DNA from: an uncultured Chitinophagaceae bacterium
Lineage (GTDB): Bacteria; Bacteroidota; Ignavibacteria; UBA10030; UBA8401
DNA length: 64,000 nucleotides
Assembly (NCBI GenBank): GCA_964409765.1
Contig: CAYPEM010000003.1
Location: 80,645 to 144,644, forward strand
Direction: 5' to 3'
Part shown: positions 8,967 through 17,390 of the stretch, one piece after another
How positions within the stretch are numbered: position 1 is the stretch's first letter
Layout of the letters: the number at the start of each line of letters is the position of its first letter
Translations under genes and position numbers: made by a program
Notes under the pieces: model-generated
Databases searched by the model: none
What the model was told of the DNA's origin: nothing
Seen by the model: only the letters and a program-made list of their open reading frames with translations

Positions 8967-10283
8967 ATGGCAGAGAAACAATTTATATCTAACCAAAAGC
9001 GTCCTATCCCAAAAAAACCTGATAATGCAGTCTCTTCAATGTTTTCAAAAAAGAATGCTAATAGGTCTGGGAACTCTCAATCTTCTTCTCGAAAGAAAAA
9101 ACTTTTTCAGTATAGTGTACGAAAAGGCACTAAAACTATTGAAGGTTTTCAAAGTGCATATAGTGCGGATGAAGTAAAACGAAATCTTACTCGACTTGGT
9201 TTTGACATAAAATTTGTTCGTCGACATTATGAATTCCAACTTCATGCGTCAAGTTCGGAAATTGTGAGTTTTGTAGTGACGAGCGCGAGATTGTTGGAGC
9301 AAAAGCTTCCTTATAGTGAAGTTCTCCAAATAATGGCAAATAATACAAAAGACCGGTACCTTAAAGGCGCGTTACGAAACATTATTTTGGATCTAAAAAA
9401 TGGAGTCGATTCTCGCGATGCATTTATTAAACAAGAAAAAGTATTTGGAGAGCACGTAGCATTGATGCTAGGAATTGCAACCAAAAGCGGGGAAATGACT
9501 TCCATTTTTAAAAGTGTTGCAACGTTGGTTGAAAGACAGACTGAGTTTAAAAAAGGTTTGATCAGTTCGCTGATAATGCCAGCTATCACTTCACTGACTG
9601 TTGTCGGAGCTATTATATTCTATGCTGTATATCTTGTCCCAAAAATGATGGATATGTTAGGTCCAATGATGGAGACCACACCTCCGCTAACAGCAGCCAC
9701 ATTAGTGGTAAGTGCTTTTTTGAAGGATAATTATATTTGGATGTCTGTTCTAATGATACTTTCAATAATAGGCTTTTATGCATATTTAATGACTGAGCAG
9801 GGAAAACTTGCCAGAGATAGAATTATCATTAAAATTCCATATTTGGGAAATATCCTTCGAAATACCAGCACAGAAATCTTTTGCCGAGTTCTTGGAATTT
9901 TATACACGTCTTCCAGCGAGAATGTTGATGCAATACAGATAGCTGCTGACGCTAGTGGTAATTCATATCTTGCGTATAGGATCAGAACTGTCACAATTCC
10001 CAGTATGCTAAGATATGGTACTGATCTTGGTAAAGCATTTTCTGCGGCGGAATTTTTTCCCGATGTTTTTATTTCAAGATTCAGCACTGCCACTGAAACA
10101 GGTGCTGTCAAAGATACAGCATCTCAGGTTGCAGATTTTTATCAATTGGAGAACCAGTTCTCAATGAAGAATCTAATGAGCTTCATTGAGGTTTCAATTA
10201 CAATTGTGATTATGATAGCATTAGTATTTTTAACACTGCTGTCGACAGAGACGGCATCATTGAATATTCAGCCAAATATGTAA
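8967..10283 (+). CDS. Type II secretion / type IV pilus platform protein (GspF/PilC family)
   Basis: After a roughly 45-aa Lys/Ser-rich tail comes the PilC-like N-domain (FQYSVRKGTKTIEGFQSAYSADEVKRNLTRLGF). Two T2SSF-like repeats and three TM segments. Sits directly upstream of a GspE/PilB ATPase. Confidence 0.75.
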   Translation: MAEKQFISNQKRPIPKKPDNAVSSMFSKKNANRSGNSQSSSRKKKLFQYSVRKGTKTIEGFQSAYSADEVKRNLTRLGFDIKFVRRHYEFQLHASSSEIVSFVVTSARLLEQKLPYSEVLQIMANNTKDRYLKGALRNIILDLKNGVDSRDAFIKQEKVFGEHVALMLGIATKSGEMTSIFKSVATLVERQTEFKKGLISSLIMPAITSLTVVGAIIFYAVYLVPKMMDMLGPMMETTPPLTAATLVVSAFLKDNYIWMSVLMILSIIGFYAYLMTEQGKLARDRIIIKIPYLGNILRNTSTEIFCRVLGILYTSSSENVDAIQIAADASGNSYLAYRIRTVTIPSMLRYGTDLGKAFSAAEFFPDVFISRFSTATETGAVKDTASQVADFYQLENQFSMKNLMSFIEVSITIVIMIALVFLTLLSTETASLNIQPNM

Positions 10284-10307
10284 TGTCTATTTGATAGTAG
10301 GATTTCT

Positions 10308-12104
10308 ATGATTGGACAACAAACTACCTCATTTAAAAAAACTCTTACTTCTGTTCTCCTTGAAAAAGGTATCGTAGATGAAAGAACGCTGCGTAAGGCT
10401 GAAGAGTTATTGAGTAAAGAAGGGTCAAGATCAAGAAACCAGCTTCTCCATATTCTCATCGATCAATTCAAGGTGAGCAGGGACCTTCTTTTTGAAGAGG
10501 CTGCAAAATTTTATTCGTTCCGTGTGTTAGATGTCTCTTTAGAATCGACTGATGATGGTGCTTTAGGTTTCATCAGAAAGGAACTTCAATCCCTTCCGTT
10601 ATATGTCCGCGAGCTTGCAATTGAAAACAAAGCATTGCCTTATAAAATCGATACTCAAAAAGAAGGTCGATTATTGATTATTACCCCGGATCCCACAAAC
10701 CCGGAAATTTATAACATCGCTCGGTCTTTCGATAATAAGAAATTTGAAATTTGTTATGTCTCGTTATCGTTGTGGGATGAGATTTGGAATCGTGTAAGCA
10801 TTGATAAAGCGTTATACAAAGACAGAGAATCAGAACTGCGGGAAGAGGGATTTGTTGAGGATGATGAAGAAGATAACGAAAAATTTGAACAAGCAATCGA
10901 TGAAGAAATCAGCAGAAGTGGTCTTGTATCTTTGATTGAAAGTATATTCGTTGATGCAGTTCGCGTTGGCGCAAGTGATATTCATGTTCTGCCTCGAGGC
11001 GAAAAGATTACAGAATTTTATTTTCGGGTTGACGGAAAACTTTCTCGATGGTATACGCACACCGAAACAAGGGCAGAAGCTGTTGCGGCGGTGGTGAAAG
11101 ATCGAGCTAAAAATTTAGACCGATTTGAACGTAATTTAGCGCAAGACGGTTTTGCTCAATTGATCATTGATAAAAAAACGATCCGGTTTCGTCTATCAGT
11201 TATCCCCGTAGTTGGACAAGAATTAAAAAGTAAATTCGAGTCAATTGTAATCCGCGTACTACGCGAATTAGCAGTCGGTAAAAAAATTGAAGAGCTTGGA
11301 TTTGATCCATACAGTGAAGATCGTATCAAACGCGCAATAAAAAAACCGCATGGAATTGTTATTGTCACCGGGCCAACGGGAAGTGGAAAAAGTACAACTT
11401 TAGTTGCGGCGTTACGAACGATCATGGATCCTTCGTTGAATATTCTCACCGTTGAAGATCCGGTAGAATATTTTATTGAAGGTGCTCGCCAGGTAAAATT
11501 AAATCCAAAATTGGACTTTGATGATGCATTGAGAGCAATTTTGCGCCACGACCCTGATATTGTTATGGTGGGTGAAATGCGTGATAAAACCACTGCTGAG
11601 ATTGCAATTAAACTGGCAAATACAGGTCATCTAACACTCTCAACACTTCATACCAACGATGCTCCCAGTGCCTTATCACGATTATTCAAAATGGGAGTAG
11701 AACCATTTTTGATTGCATATAGTGTCAATATTGTGGTTGCACAACGTTTGATCAGGAAATTATGCCCGCGTTGCAAAACACCTGTTAAAGACACAGATTT
11801 TCCTATTTTGAAAAAAATGGGTCTTACAGATGAAGAAATCAACAACCATACTGTTTATCGTGCCATAGGTTGTATAGATTGCTTAAAGGGATATAAGGGT
11901 AGAGTTGCAATCCATGAAGCCCTTTATTTTACGAAGGAAATCCGTCAATTGGTGTTAGATGCCGGAGATTCTATTAACGAAGAACAGTTACGACAAGCAG
12001 CGATAAAAAATGGGATGATCACACTCCGTGAACGTGCTTTAGATTTGTTAAAAACAGGTGTTACATCCATCGATGAAGTGACAACAGTTACAAGTGATGA
12101 ATAA
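10308..12104 (+). CDS. Type II/IV secretion ATPase (GspE/PilB family)
   Basis: Walker A GPTGSGKSTT. Conserved ILTVEDPVEY, MVGEMRD and TGHLTLSTLHTNDAP boxes. Tetracysteine CPRC...CIDC. N-terminal T2SSE_N/MshEN-like helical region. Confidence 0.88.
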   Translation: MIGQQTTSFKKTLTSVLLEKGIVDERTLRKAEELLSKEGSRSRNQLLHILIDQFKVSRDLLFEEAAKFYSFRVLDVSLESTDDGALGFIRKELQSLPLYVRELAIENKALPYKIDTQKEGRLLIITPDPTNPEIYNIARSFDNKKFEICYVSLSLWDEIWNRVSIDKALYKDRESELREEGFVEDDEEDNEKFEQAIDEEISRSGLVSLIESIFVDAVRVGASDIHVLPRGEKITEFYFRVDGKLSRWYTHTETRAEAVAAVVKDRAKNLDRFERNLAQDGFAQLIIDKKTIRFRLSVIPVVGQELKSKFESIVIRVLRELAVGKKIEELGFDPYSEDRIKRAIKKPHGIVIVTGPTGSGKSTTLVAALRTIMDPSLNILTVEDPVEYFIEGARQVKLNPKLDFDDALRAILRHDPDIVMVGEMRDKTTAEIAIKLANTGHLTLSTLHTNDAPSALSRLFKMGVEPFLIAYSVNIVVAQRLIRKLCPRCKTPVKDTDFPILKKMGLTDEEINNHTVYRAIGCIDCLKGYKGRVAIHEALYFTKEIRQLVLDAGDSINEEQLRQAAIKNGMITLRERALDLLKTGVTSIDEVTTVTSDE

Positions 12105-12123
12105 ATAAGAGACGATTGAGATT

Positions 12124-12684
12124 ATGGGCCTTGGCCAAACAATGTTAACATCCATGTTTCTTGTTCTGCTTTCATTAGCAGCGATAAGTGCTAATAGACT
12201 TATTCTTGACAGGGAATCATCATATTACGAAGAAGAAGCTTATAAACAATCCGCTATTTTAGCAAATGCATTGCTCCAAGAAATTGTAAGAAAAAAGTAT
12301 GATAGTGGTATTGATACAAGTAGTTGGGGGTATACTAGTACAACAAGTTTTCTTTTATCAACCGATCTAGGACCATCGTGGGCGGCTGCTGCGTACGTTA
12401 ATCCAGGCGGAGCACCAGACACATTTCCTTATAGATCTATAAATGATAGTAGCGCAAATCTTAACTTTGATGATATTGATGATTATAAAGGATACAAAAG
12501 ATCTGCAAACGCTGGTCCTTTGACAGGATTTTTACTATCGGTTGATGTGTATTATGTAAGGCTTAGTGGTTCTACATATGTAAAAACTTCTACCCGTCAA
12601 TATTTTAAGCAAATTGACGTCTTCGTTAAAAATCCAAAATATCTTAAAGATAGTTTGCGTTATTCTACCATTGCATCATATTAA
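12124..12684 (+). CDS. Hypothetical N-terminally anchored protein, minor-pilin-like
   Basis: One N-terminal hydrophobic helix (MGLGQTMLTSMFLVLLSLAAISA) followed by a helical segment and a beta-rich C-terminus (FDDIDDYKGY motif). Lies immediately downstream of PilB. No canonical G|FTLxE prepilin motif. Confidence 0.4.
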   Translation: MGLGQTMLTSMFLVLLSLAAISANRLILDRESSYYEEEAYKQSAILANALLQEIVRKKYDSGIDTSSWGYTSTTSFLLSTDLGPSWAAAAYVNPGGAPDTFPYRSINDSSANLNFDDIDDYKGYKRSANAGPLTGFLLSVDVYYVRLSGSTYVKTSTRQYFKQIDVFVKNPKYLKDSLRYSTIASY

Positions 12685-13247
12685 TGGCAGTAATTTTAGA
12701 CATTTTAGGTTCTTATGTTGTGCGAGCAGCGATTGTAGTCGTTATTCTTAATTTAATGATTAACCTTCACCAGTCACTCTCAAAGAATACTGATAGAATT
12801 ACTCTTAATGGGAATATTAATAGTGTTGGTGAAGTAATTGCTGCTGATCTTAAATTAGCTGGATATCGAGCATCAAAAACATTTGCAGTGGCTCAGACTA
12901 ATGAAATAAGTTTTTATGCCGATTTAGATAATTCAGGAACACCACGAACTATTCGATATTATCTTAACCCAACTACTCCTGCAACAGCTCACAAAATCCT
13001 ATATCGAACAATAAATGCCGGGACACCTTTTGAGGTTGGAAGAGATGTTATAACCTTTAGTTTATCCTATTACAAAGTGAATGGTTCATTAGCTTCATAC
13101 GGTACAAATATTACCGGAATAAAGTCTGTATACATTGCAATAATCATGGAATCTAATATGACCGAAAAGACATATCAAGGTCCCGTAAGTGATACTTTAG
13201 CACTACAAGCGAAATGGGAACGGCATTTTTTTCCAGAGAATTTATAG
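12684..13247 (+). CDS. Hypothetical N-terminally anchored protein, PilW/GspJ-like minor pilin architecture
   Basis: TAATG-coupled to the upstream ORF. N-terminal helix MAVILDILGSYVVRAAIVVVILNL. The body resembles PilW/GspJ-type pseudopilins (ISFYADLDNSGTPRTIRYYL...ILYRT...ITFSLSYYKVNGS...IKSVYIAI). No canonical prepilin motif. Confidence 0.45.
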   Translation: MAVILDILGSYVVRAAIVVVILNLMINLHQSLSKNTDRITLNGNINSVGEVIAADLKLAGYRASKTFAVAQTNEISFYADLDNSGTPRTIRYYLNPTTPATAHKILYRTINAGTPFEVGRDVITFSLSYYKVNGSLASYGTNITGIKSVYIAIIMESNMTEKTYQGPVSDTLALQAKWERHFFPENL

Positions 13248-13406
13248 ATTTTCGCCAATATGAATAAATTTACAAATGTGTGATGCACATCATAAAATCA
13301 AAAAAAATTAGAAAATTTTAATTTTTTACTTGCGCTGAATCAAGGATTTTCTTACTTTCATGGCAGTTAAATCATAGTTTATCAACAATTAATAAATCAA
13401 ACTACT

Positions 13407-13799
13407 ATGGGCACATCAAAAATAATAATGCTTTCCGGCGTTTATTTAATTTTAGGTGCGTACAACATTGGTTTTAGTGTAGCTGATGATATTAATTTTG
13501 ATTTGGCTGCAAATACTGCAAATATCACTCAAGCAGAACAGATTGCTAGAACAGGTGTTGCTTTGGCAGTAACAAAGATGGCGAATAACGCAACACTGCA
13601 CACCTACCCAATGACTCGTTCTGCACTATTGAGCGGTTATGTTGATTATTCCGCATCACAATCTGGTCTTCCATTGTCTCAATCTGAAATTACTTCAACC
13701 GGATATTTTAATGGAAAGAAAGTAATTGTAAAAGCAATTATGAGTTTTGACAGAGATCGATGGAGACTAATTCAACTTTTTACGATACCAACCACTTAG
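13407..13799 (+). CDS. Hypothetical N-terminally anchored protein, PilX-like
   Basis: N-terminal helix MGTSKIIMLSGVYLILGAYNIG followed by a PilX_N-like helix (NITQAEQIARTGVALAVTKMANN). 130 aa. Followed by a strong terminator. Confidence 0.4.
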   Translation: MGTSKIIMLSGVYLILGAYNIGFSVADDINFDLAANTANITQAEQIARTGVALAVTKMANNATLHTYPMTRSALLSGYVDYSASQSGLPLSQSEITSTGYFNGKKVIVKAIMSFDRDRWRLIQLFTIPTT

Positions 13800-13829
13800 A
13801 CTTTTTTAAATAAGAATCACTAACATTTC

Positions 13830-13859
13830 GCCCACTTGCAATTCGTGGGCATTTTTTTT
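13830..13859 (+). terminator. Rho-independent terminator closing the pilus-like cluster
   Basis: GCCCAC-ttgcaattc-GTGGGC followed by A-TTTTTTTT. Confidence 0.75.
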
Positions 13860-14003
13860 ACTTTCTACACGTCACATTTGTACTACAATACTTCCTTTTT
13901 GGGGAAATGAAGTATTTAGTTTTTCTATTATTAACCTACCAAATCACTAATCATGATTGTTGCTAGCAATAAAATTCCGACGTTGACGTCTTCCTTGCAT
14001 CGT

Positions 14004-15440
14004 ATGAATAGTGTAGTATTTATTCTGTTTTGCACCATAATAATGGTCCAAGCTCAAACGACTGAATTTGTTCCAAAAAGTAAAAAAGAAATTCAAAAGG
14101 ATCTGCTTGCTGAACAACGTGAACGAAAGAGGATTTCAAATTCTGGCATCCTTTCTTTGACAACCACAAAATATATTTATCGTTTTGGGAAAGTTGATAA
14201 AACCGGTACCATGGAATCTATTGTTCGATTTGATAGTAAGGGAAACAAAACAAAAGAAACATTTTATAATCCAAGAGATGGAAAGATCGAATCAGTTAAA
14301 TCATATTCTTACGATCGGAATGGGAATCTAATTGAAGAAAGCACAAAGAAAGATGAAGTTTCAACAAAGATTATTCATCGGTATAATTTATTGAATTATA
14401 AAATTGAATCTGTTTACTATAAATCGGACGGCACTGTCGAGAGAAAAATATCGTATGTGTATGACGAAACCGGACTGCTTTTGGAAACAATAGGTCGTTT
14501 GGACGATGGTAGAATTTTTATGAAGGATACCTATTTATATGACGACGATGGTAATGTTGTTGAATTCAAAAATACCATGAAAAAGTTTATTATTCGCTAT
14601 GACAGTTTTCGCAATATTCTCTCGATTGCAAAATATAGTAGATACTTTAAAGTTCAGGATAGTGTTCAGTTCAATCTCAATGAATTGTTTTCCATGAATT
14701 ACAATCGTTCGGGTAATCTGTTAGAAATGATCTCTATGAGAGCGGACAGTTCAATTAAGATCAAAACAAAATATCTTGTAAATGAAATCGGTGATCTCAT
14801 AGAGGAAAAAGAATATACTTCTGAAAACAAATTGGTGTATGTAAGAAATTTAAAATATGATAAGAACCGTAACTTAATCGAAGAAACAGGAATTGATCGT
14901 TCAATGAAGTTTAGAAATGTGTATCGATATGACTCACGGGGAAATAGAACCGAGTGGATCGAATATGATCAGATCAATGAACCTGCAACGTTGACAAAAT
15001 ATTCATTTGGTCGATATGCCGACGTAAATGCTCAAGGAAATCAAAGTAATTTAAAAGGAATTGATTCACTTATTACCGGTACGAGTGGCGATATTCTTGA
15101 GAAGAATGAATTTTTCCAAATTCTTGGATGTCGAATTATTGCTCCAGATGGTACATATCTTGGTTTGATATTGGCAGATACTGCAAACCCACAATCTATT
15201 GCAAATGTTTGGGGTCAATATGGATTCAACCAATCACCAACAAGTATTTTTAATTCTACAATTCCATATGGAGGAGAAAATGGGTTATTCAGCCCGTTTA
15301 ATGTTGAAAGTCCAAGTCCTCCATCAATTTACAAAGATGGAAAGTTTTTCACCTATCTTACCGAGAATGAAAATTTCCGCCCGAGATCATCACCAAGGCA
15401 GCTTGTTCAGTTCTTAAAGATATTATCTCGACAAAATTAG
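14004..15440 (+). CDS. Secreted YD-repeat (Rhs-repeat-like) protein with a distinct C-terminal domain
   Basis: The longest ORF starts at 13953, but ATG 14004 gives a signal peptide (MNSVVFILFCTIIMVQAQT). At least 7 YD-type repeats (YSYDRNGNLIEE, YVYDETGLLLE, YLYDDDGNVVEF, MNYNRSGNLLEM, LKYDKNRNLIEE, YRYDSRGNRTEW). The last ~130 aa are not repetitive. Confidence 0.6.
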   Translation: MNSVVFILFCTIIMVQAQTTEFVPKSKKEIQKDLLAEQRERKRISNSGILSLTTTKYIYRFGKVDKTGTMESIVRFDSKGNKTKETFYNPRDGKIESVKSYSYDRNGNLIEESTKKDEVSTKIIHRYNLLNYKIESVYYKSDGTVERKISYVYDETGLLLETIGRLDDGRIFMKDTYLYDDDGNVVEFKNTMKKFIIRYDSFRNILSIAKYSRYFKVQDSVQFNLNELFSMNYNRSGNLLEMISMRADSSIKIKTKYLVNEIGDLIEEKEYTSENKLVYVRNLKYDKNRNLIEETGIDRSMKFRNVYRYDSRGNRTEWIEYDQINEPATLTKYSFGRYADVNAQGNQSNLKGIDSLITGTSGDILEKNEFFQILGCRIIAPDGTYLGLILADTANPQSIANVWGQYGFNQSPTSIFNSTIPYGGENGLFSPFNVESPSPPSIYKDGKFFTYLTENENFRPRSSPRQLVQFLKILSRQN

Positions 15441-15470
15441 AAATTGTTTTAATTTTCTTAAAATTCTTCA

Positions 15471-15505
15471 AAAAGACCTGACATAGATCAGGTCTTTTTG
15501 TTTTT
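15471..15505 (+). terminator. Rho-independent terminator after the YD-repeat gene
   Basis: 11-bp stem AAAAGACCTGA / TCAGGTCTTTT with loop CATAGA, then TTTTTGTTTTT. Confidence 0.85.
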
Positions 15506-15514
15506 ATATATTAA

Positions 15515-15543
15515 TTGAAAAAACAAGCTCTTTTGTGTATCTT
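15515..15543 (+). promoter_or_regulatory. Candidate sigma70-type promoter for aspS
   Basis: TTGAAA - 17 nt - TATCTT, located between the upstream terminator and the aspS leader hairpin. Confidence 0.3.
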
Positions 15544-15572
15544 CTAATACGTAAAGAGTAATAATTCCAAAC

Positions 15573-15596
15573 AATCCCTCTTTTAGGGATTTTTTA
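15573..15596 (+). terminator. Terminator-like hairpin inside the aspS leader (possible attenuator)
   Basis: AATCCCT-ctttt-AGGGATT followed by TTTTT. It ends about 22 nt before the aspS ATG, just before the RBS-like CAGGAG. Confidence 0.45.
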
Positions 15597-15618
15597 TTAT
15601 CAGGAGATTTATTTCGTA

Positions 15619-17385
15619 ATGCAGTATAAAAAACGAACACATACAAGCGGGGAACTTCGTTCCTCTCATATTGGACTGACGGCGACTCTGACAGGATGGG
15701 TTGATACACGGAGAGATCTAGGTGGTGTAATTTTTATAGATCTTCGTGATCGTTATGGCAAAACACAGATTGTTTTTAATCCAAAGTATACTAATGAAGC
15801 AATTTATTCTCTTGCAAAAGAATTGCGCACTGAGTTTGTCATCTCAATTACCGGAAAAGTTGAAAAACGTCCTGATGGAACGGAGAATGCAAAATTAGGA
15901 ACGGGTGATATTGATGTGTTGGTTGAAGAATTGACCATTATTAATAAAGCGGAAACAACACCGTTCCCGATTGACGATAAATTGGATACCAATGAGGATA
16001 TGCGTTTAAAATACCGCTATCTGGATCTTCGCCGGGCACCAATGCAGGCAAATTTGCTGCTTCGTCATCAAATGTACCAGATCTCACGCCGGTATTTTGA
16101 TGAATTTAATTTTATTGAAGTTGAAACTCCGGTCTTAATGAAGAGTACTCCGGAAGGTGCACGTGATTTCCTTGTTCCGAGCAGAATTAATCCTGGAAAA
16201 TTCTATGCGCTGCCGCAGTCCCCGCAGACGTACAAACAGATTTTAATGGTTGCCGGATATGATCGCTATTTCCAGATTGTGAAATGCTTCCGTGATGAAG
16301 ATCTTCGCGCAGATCGTCAGCTTGAATTCACACAAATTGATGTTGAGATGTCCTTTGTGGATGAGATCGACATTCAGACCATCGTTGAAGGGTTGATGAA
16401 GAGATTCATGAAAGAGATTAAAGGAATCGATATTACTCTACCGCTTCCGCGTCTCACTTACAAGGAAGCAATGGAAGGTTACGGAAGCGATAAACCGGAT
16501 CTTCGATTTGATTTGAAATTTGCTGACTTTAGCAATATTGTAAAAGATTCGGGATTCAAAGTTTTTGCAGAGAATGTAAAAAAAGGAGGTGTGGTTGCCG
16601 GATTTACCGTCCCTGGCGGAGCAAGTTATACCCGCAATCAAATGGATAATCTTGTTGATTTTACAAAATCTCTTGGAGTTGGTGGTCTTGCATATATTAA
16701 ATTGACAGAAAAAGGAATTGATTCAGCAATAGAAAAATTCCTCGGTAATGATGTCTGCAATCAGATCTGCGAAAAAGCAGGTGCAAAACTCGGTGACAAT
16801 GTATTGATTGTCTCAGATACATGGCAAAAAACGTATACAACGCTTGGCGTGCTACGGCTTGAGATTGCAAAACGAATGAATTTAATTGATGACAATAAAT
16901 GGAATCTTCATTGGGTAGTAGACTTTCCAATGTTCGATTATTCGGAAGAAGAAAAACGTCATGTCGCAATGCATCATCCGTTCACTGCACCGAAGCCCGA
17001 GGATCTAGCATTGTTGGACAGTGATCCGACAAAAGCTCGGGCCCGCGCATACGATCTGGTGATGAATGGAAATGAAGTAGCCGGCGGTAGTATTCGAATC
17101 TATGATTCAGCAATGCAAAGTAAAGTATTTGGATTGCTCGGCATCGGTCCGGAAGAAGCGAAAATGAAATTTGGTTTTATGCTTGATGCATTCAAATACG
17201 GTGCACCGCCGCACGGAGGAATTGCATTCGGCTTTGACCGTCTTGCAATGTTATTCGCCGGAGTAAAATCGATCCGTGATGTAATTGCTTTTCCGAAAAC
17301 TTCCAGCGGTATTTCGTTGATGGATGATAATCCATCGGAAGTGGATAAAAAACAGCTGGATGAACTTCACATCAAGTTAAAATAA
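15619..17385 (+). CDS. aspS: Aspartate--tRNA ligase
   Basis: N-terminal OB domain (RTHTSGELR...GWVDTRRDLGGVIFIDLRDRYG). Class II motifs (FRDEDLRADRQLEFTQID, GGSIRI, PPHGGIAFGFDRL). 588 aa bacterial type with the GAD insertion. Confidence 0.96.
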   Translation: MQYKKRTHTSGELRSSHIGLTATLTGWVDTRRDLGGVIFIDLRDRYGKTQIVFNPKYTNEAIYSLAKELRTEFVISITGKVEKRPDGTENAKLGTGDIDVLVEELTIINKAETTPFPIDDKLDTNEDMRLKYRYLDLRRAPMQANLLLRHQMYQISRRYFDEFNFIEVETPVLMKSTPEGARDFLVPSRINPGKFYALPQSPQTYKQILMVAGYDRYFQIVKCFRDEDLRADRQLEFTQIDVEMSFVDEIDIQTIVEGLMKRFMKEIKGIDITLPLPRLTYKEAMEGYGSDKPDLRFDLKFADFSNIVKDSGFKVFAENVKKGGVVAGFTVPGGASYTRNQMDNLVDFTKSLGVGGLAYIKLTEKGIDSAIEKFLGNDVCNQICEKAGAKLGDNVLIVSDTWQKTYTTLGVLRLEIAKRMNLIDDNKWNLHWVVDFPMFDYSEEEKRHVAMHHPFTAPKPEDLALLDSDPTKARARAYDLVMNGNEVAGGSIRIYDSAMQSKVFGLLGIGPEEAKMKFGFMLDAFKYGAPPHGGIAFGFDRLAMLFAGVKSIRDVIAFPKTSSGISLMDDNPSEVDKKQLDELHIKLK

Positions 17386-17390
17386 GTTTA

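Noticed and set aside
13361-13376. Possible sigma54 promoter (TGGCAG-N5-TCAT) upstream of the third pilin-like gene
   Set aside because: The -24 GG element is present, but the -12 element (TTGC) is absent. A single half-match is expected by chance.
13907-13966. 19-codon ORF MKYLVFLLLTYQITNHDCC between the pilus-cluster terminator and the YD-repeat gene
   Set aside because: Too short to support. The G-rich stretch sits only 2 nt from its ATG, which is poor RBS spacing. There is no second line of evidence.
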